Assembly: GCA_965649765.1 (NCBI GenBank)
Contig: OZ287757.1
Span: 23,436,001 to 23,500,000 of the forward strand
Origin: Bispira polyomma
Taxonomy: Eukaryota
Reading direction: 5' to 3'
Length of the DNA stretch: 64,000 nucleotides
The stretch's first letter is position 1; each line of letters begins with the position of its first letter. The position numbers and the translations under genes are program-made. Under the pieces are notes generated by a model that had not been told where the DNA came from, made no database searches, and saw only the letters and a list, made by a program, of their open reading frames with translations. Positions 62,218-64,000 of this stretch are shown here, one piece after another.

Positions 62218-64000
62218 TTAAATTGTTCACAAATAGTTAAAATTAAATGGAGAGTTTTCCATTATTAAAGCCTACTGCTTTGTGCGTTTCTAAATTTGGG
62301 ACTAATTTAGCACATAAAGAAAATGTAGAGTTATATCAAAAAAGAAATGGGGTTAAAAAAGCAGCCAAGCATATATGGATCAAGGTGTCACGCTTCTAGT
62401 TGGTTTCAAGCAATAAAGTGGTTTCTTTAGTTTTCTATTCAGCTTACAAGGCTTTAATATGTATATACAACTCGTTTCACTCTACCAGGCAGCAAAACAG
62501 TAAAAGAGATAACGGCTTTTTAATGATGGATACCTTGATTATATAAATAAACCTCTCTCATGGTTGGAATGTATGAAGTATAACCGGCATTATAATGTTC
62601 AGTGGAAGTCATCCTAAAAATGTAAGTAAAACAATTGACTGTAACATTATTTTTATTTCAAAGCTTTGCAAAAATTATATAATGTGATGGTACCCTGAGC
62701 TCTCAATGTAAAGCAAAATATCCATTTAACAGGGTGGAATATTTTCCGTTGTGCTGATAACTTTTTCCAAAGGTGTTAGTCTGGAACTATACCTGTCTGC
62801 ACCCGTGGCTGCACTTGTGTTCGTACCCGTATCGGCACCCGCAAAAGGAAACTTCACTTGTCCCTATTTAAGTCAGTAGTTTTACCTGTGATAGCCACAA
62901 ATGACTTAAATGTGACGTGGTAAAGACATACTTATATTTTGTCTGTGCTACGGAATCCATTTGTACATCCCAAATGCAACGAAATCTTGTGCCGTGAGTT
63001 TCATCTTCAGCAAAAAGTAAGTCATATTTCAGCCATCAATATAAAATTTCACTGGTGGCCAATACTTAGAACAATTTTTTTAGTTTTTACTTATATTTTA
63101 TTATTTAGACCTACCATTTATTTCGTATTTGTACTTCATAAAACAGGTTACATTATATGACAGTACATTTTATAAATAATAAAAAAGGTCTAGATTATTT
63201 TATATATATTCTAGAAATGAAATAGTTTTTTTGAACTTTCAAAATCGAAATGGACATTATTTGGAACACTTTGATCGTTTTTGGTGACAGTAAATCTAAA
63301 AAAAATCAGCTTAAAAACAAATAGGCATCCATATTGTCATATTTCAGGTTAAAATGAATAAAATTACTTTGAAATATTTATTGTTGTTTAATATGGGCTG
63401 TAATTAGACATAATTAACAAGGCTTGTTTCAAAATATATGCCAGTGGAATTTTATTTTATATTTCTTTTATTAAAGCTATAACCTTACAATTTACTGTAT
63501 TTTTATTCCAATTAATGTTCATTCCATTGTAAAAAAAGTATGTAATTATAATTGCTAACATTCCAGGCAGGTATTGTTAGTGTTCACCAAAAATGTGGTA
63601 ATAGATGTCATTTCCTTAAATTGATCTCATCTGTAAAATATTAATGTGGTGATGTTGACTTGGTTGTGGTTTTTGTATTTGACCTTGTGTCTGTTATTTG
63701 TATTTTTGCCGAAAAACTGTTATGTCACAGTCATCCTCAACTTTATGAACATTACAAAAATGACCTCCCTGTCACATGATATGTATTGTTCCTCAGCAAT
63801 AAGGTAACAGAAATAAAACTCCTAATTACCAAAAATCCGAATTACCAAAACACTAATTAAATTACAAAAGAAACATAAACGAAAAAACTTGACTTTGTGT
63901 GAATAAATGTTCCCAAATTAATGTAATTGTTCAGGGACATAGCTACCAATAACGCCAGTACGCCCAGGCGTACCAATTTAATGACAAAAAATCAAAAAAA

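Overview
AT-rich, repeat-dense eukaryotic (metazoan, probably invertebrate) genomic DNA with spliceosomal introns; the organism cannot be named from sequence alone. There are two host genes in divergent orientation. One is an 11-coding-exon, ~538-aa acyl-CoA synthetase of the firefly-luciferase/4CL-like family with a C-terminal SHL peroxisomal signal (- strand, 13343-21307). The other is a Golgi-type galactose-3-O-sulfotransferase-family gene (+ strand, main exon 47476-48656). The rest is mostly mobile DNA: three diverged, decayed Ngaro-type tyrosine-recombinase (YR) retrotransposons with split direct repeats, several L2-group LINEs, a Tx1/L1 fragment, a young tRNA-derived SINE family with clear target-site duplications (TSDs), and MITEs. 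A 4-kb insert combines Harbinger transposase and MADF fragments, a Penelope-type GIY-YIG endonuclease and a type I hammerhead ribozyme. The most novel-looking signal is in the Ngaro elements: all three have a phase-1 splice acceptor a few nt after the pol stop, in frame with an ATG-less YR ORF. Two of them also keep a matching phase-1 donor at a homologous gag position. This predicts a spliced Gag(N-term)-YR fusion whose intron is the rest of gag plus all of pol. All calls were made by eye; no searches were run.
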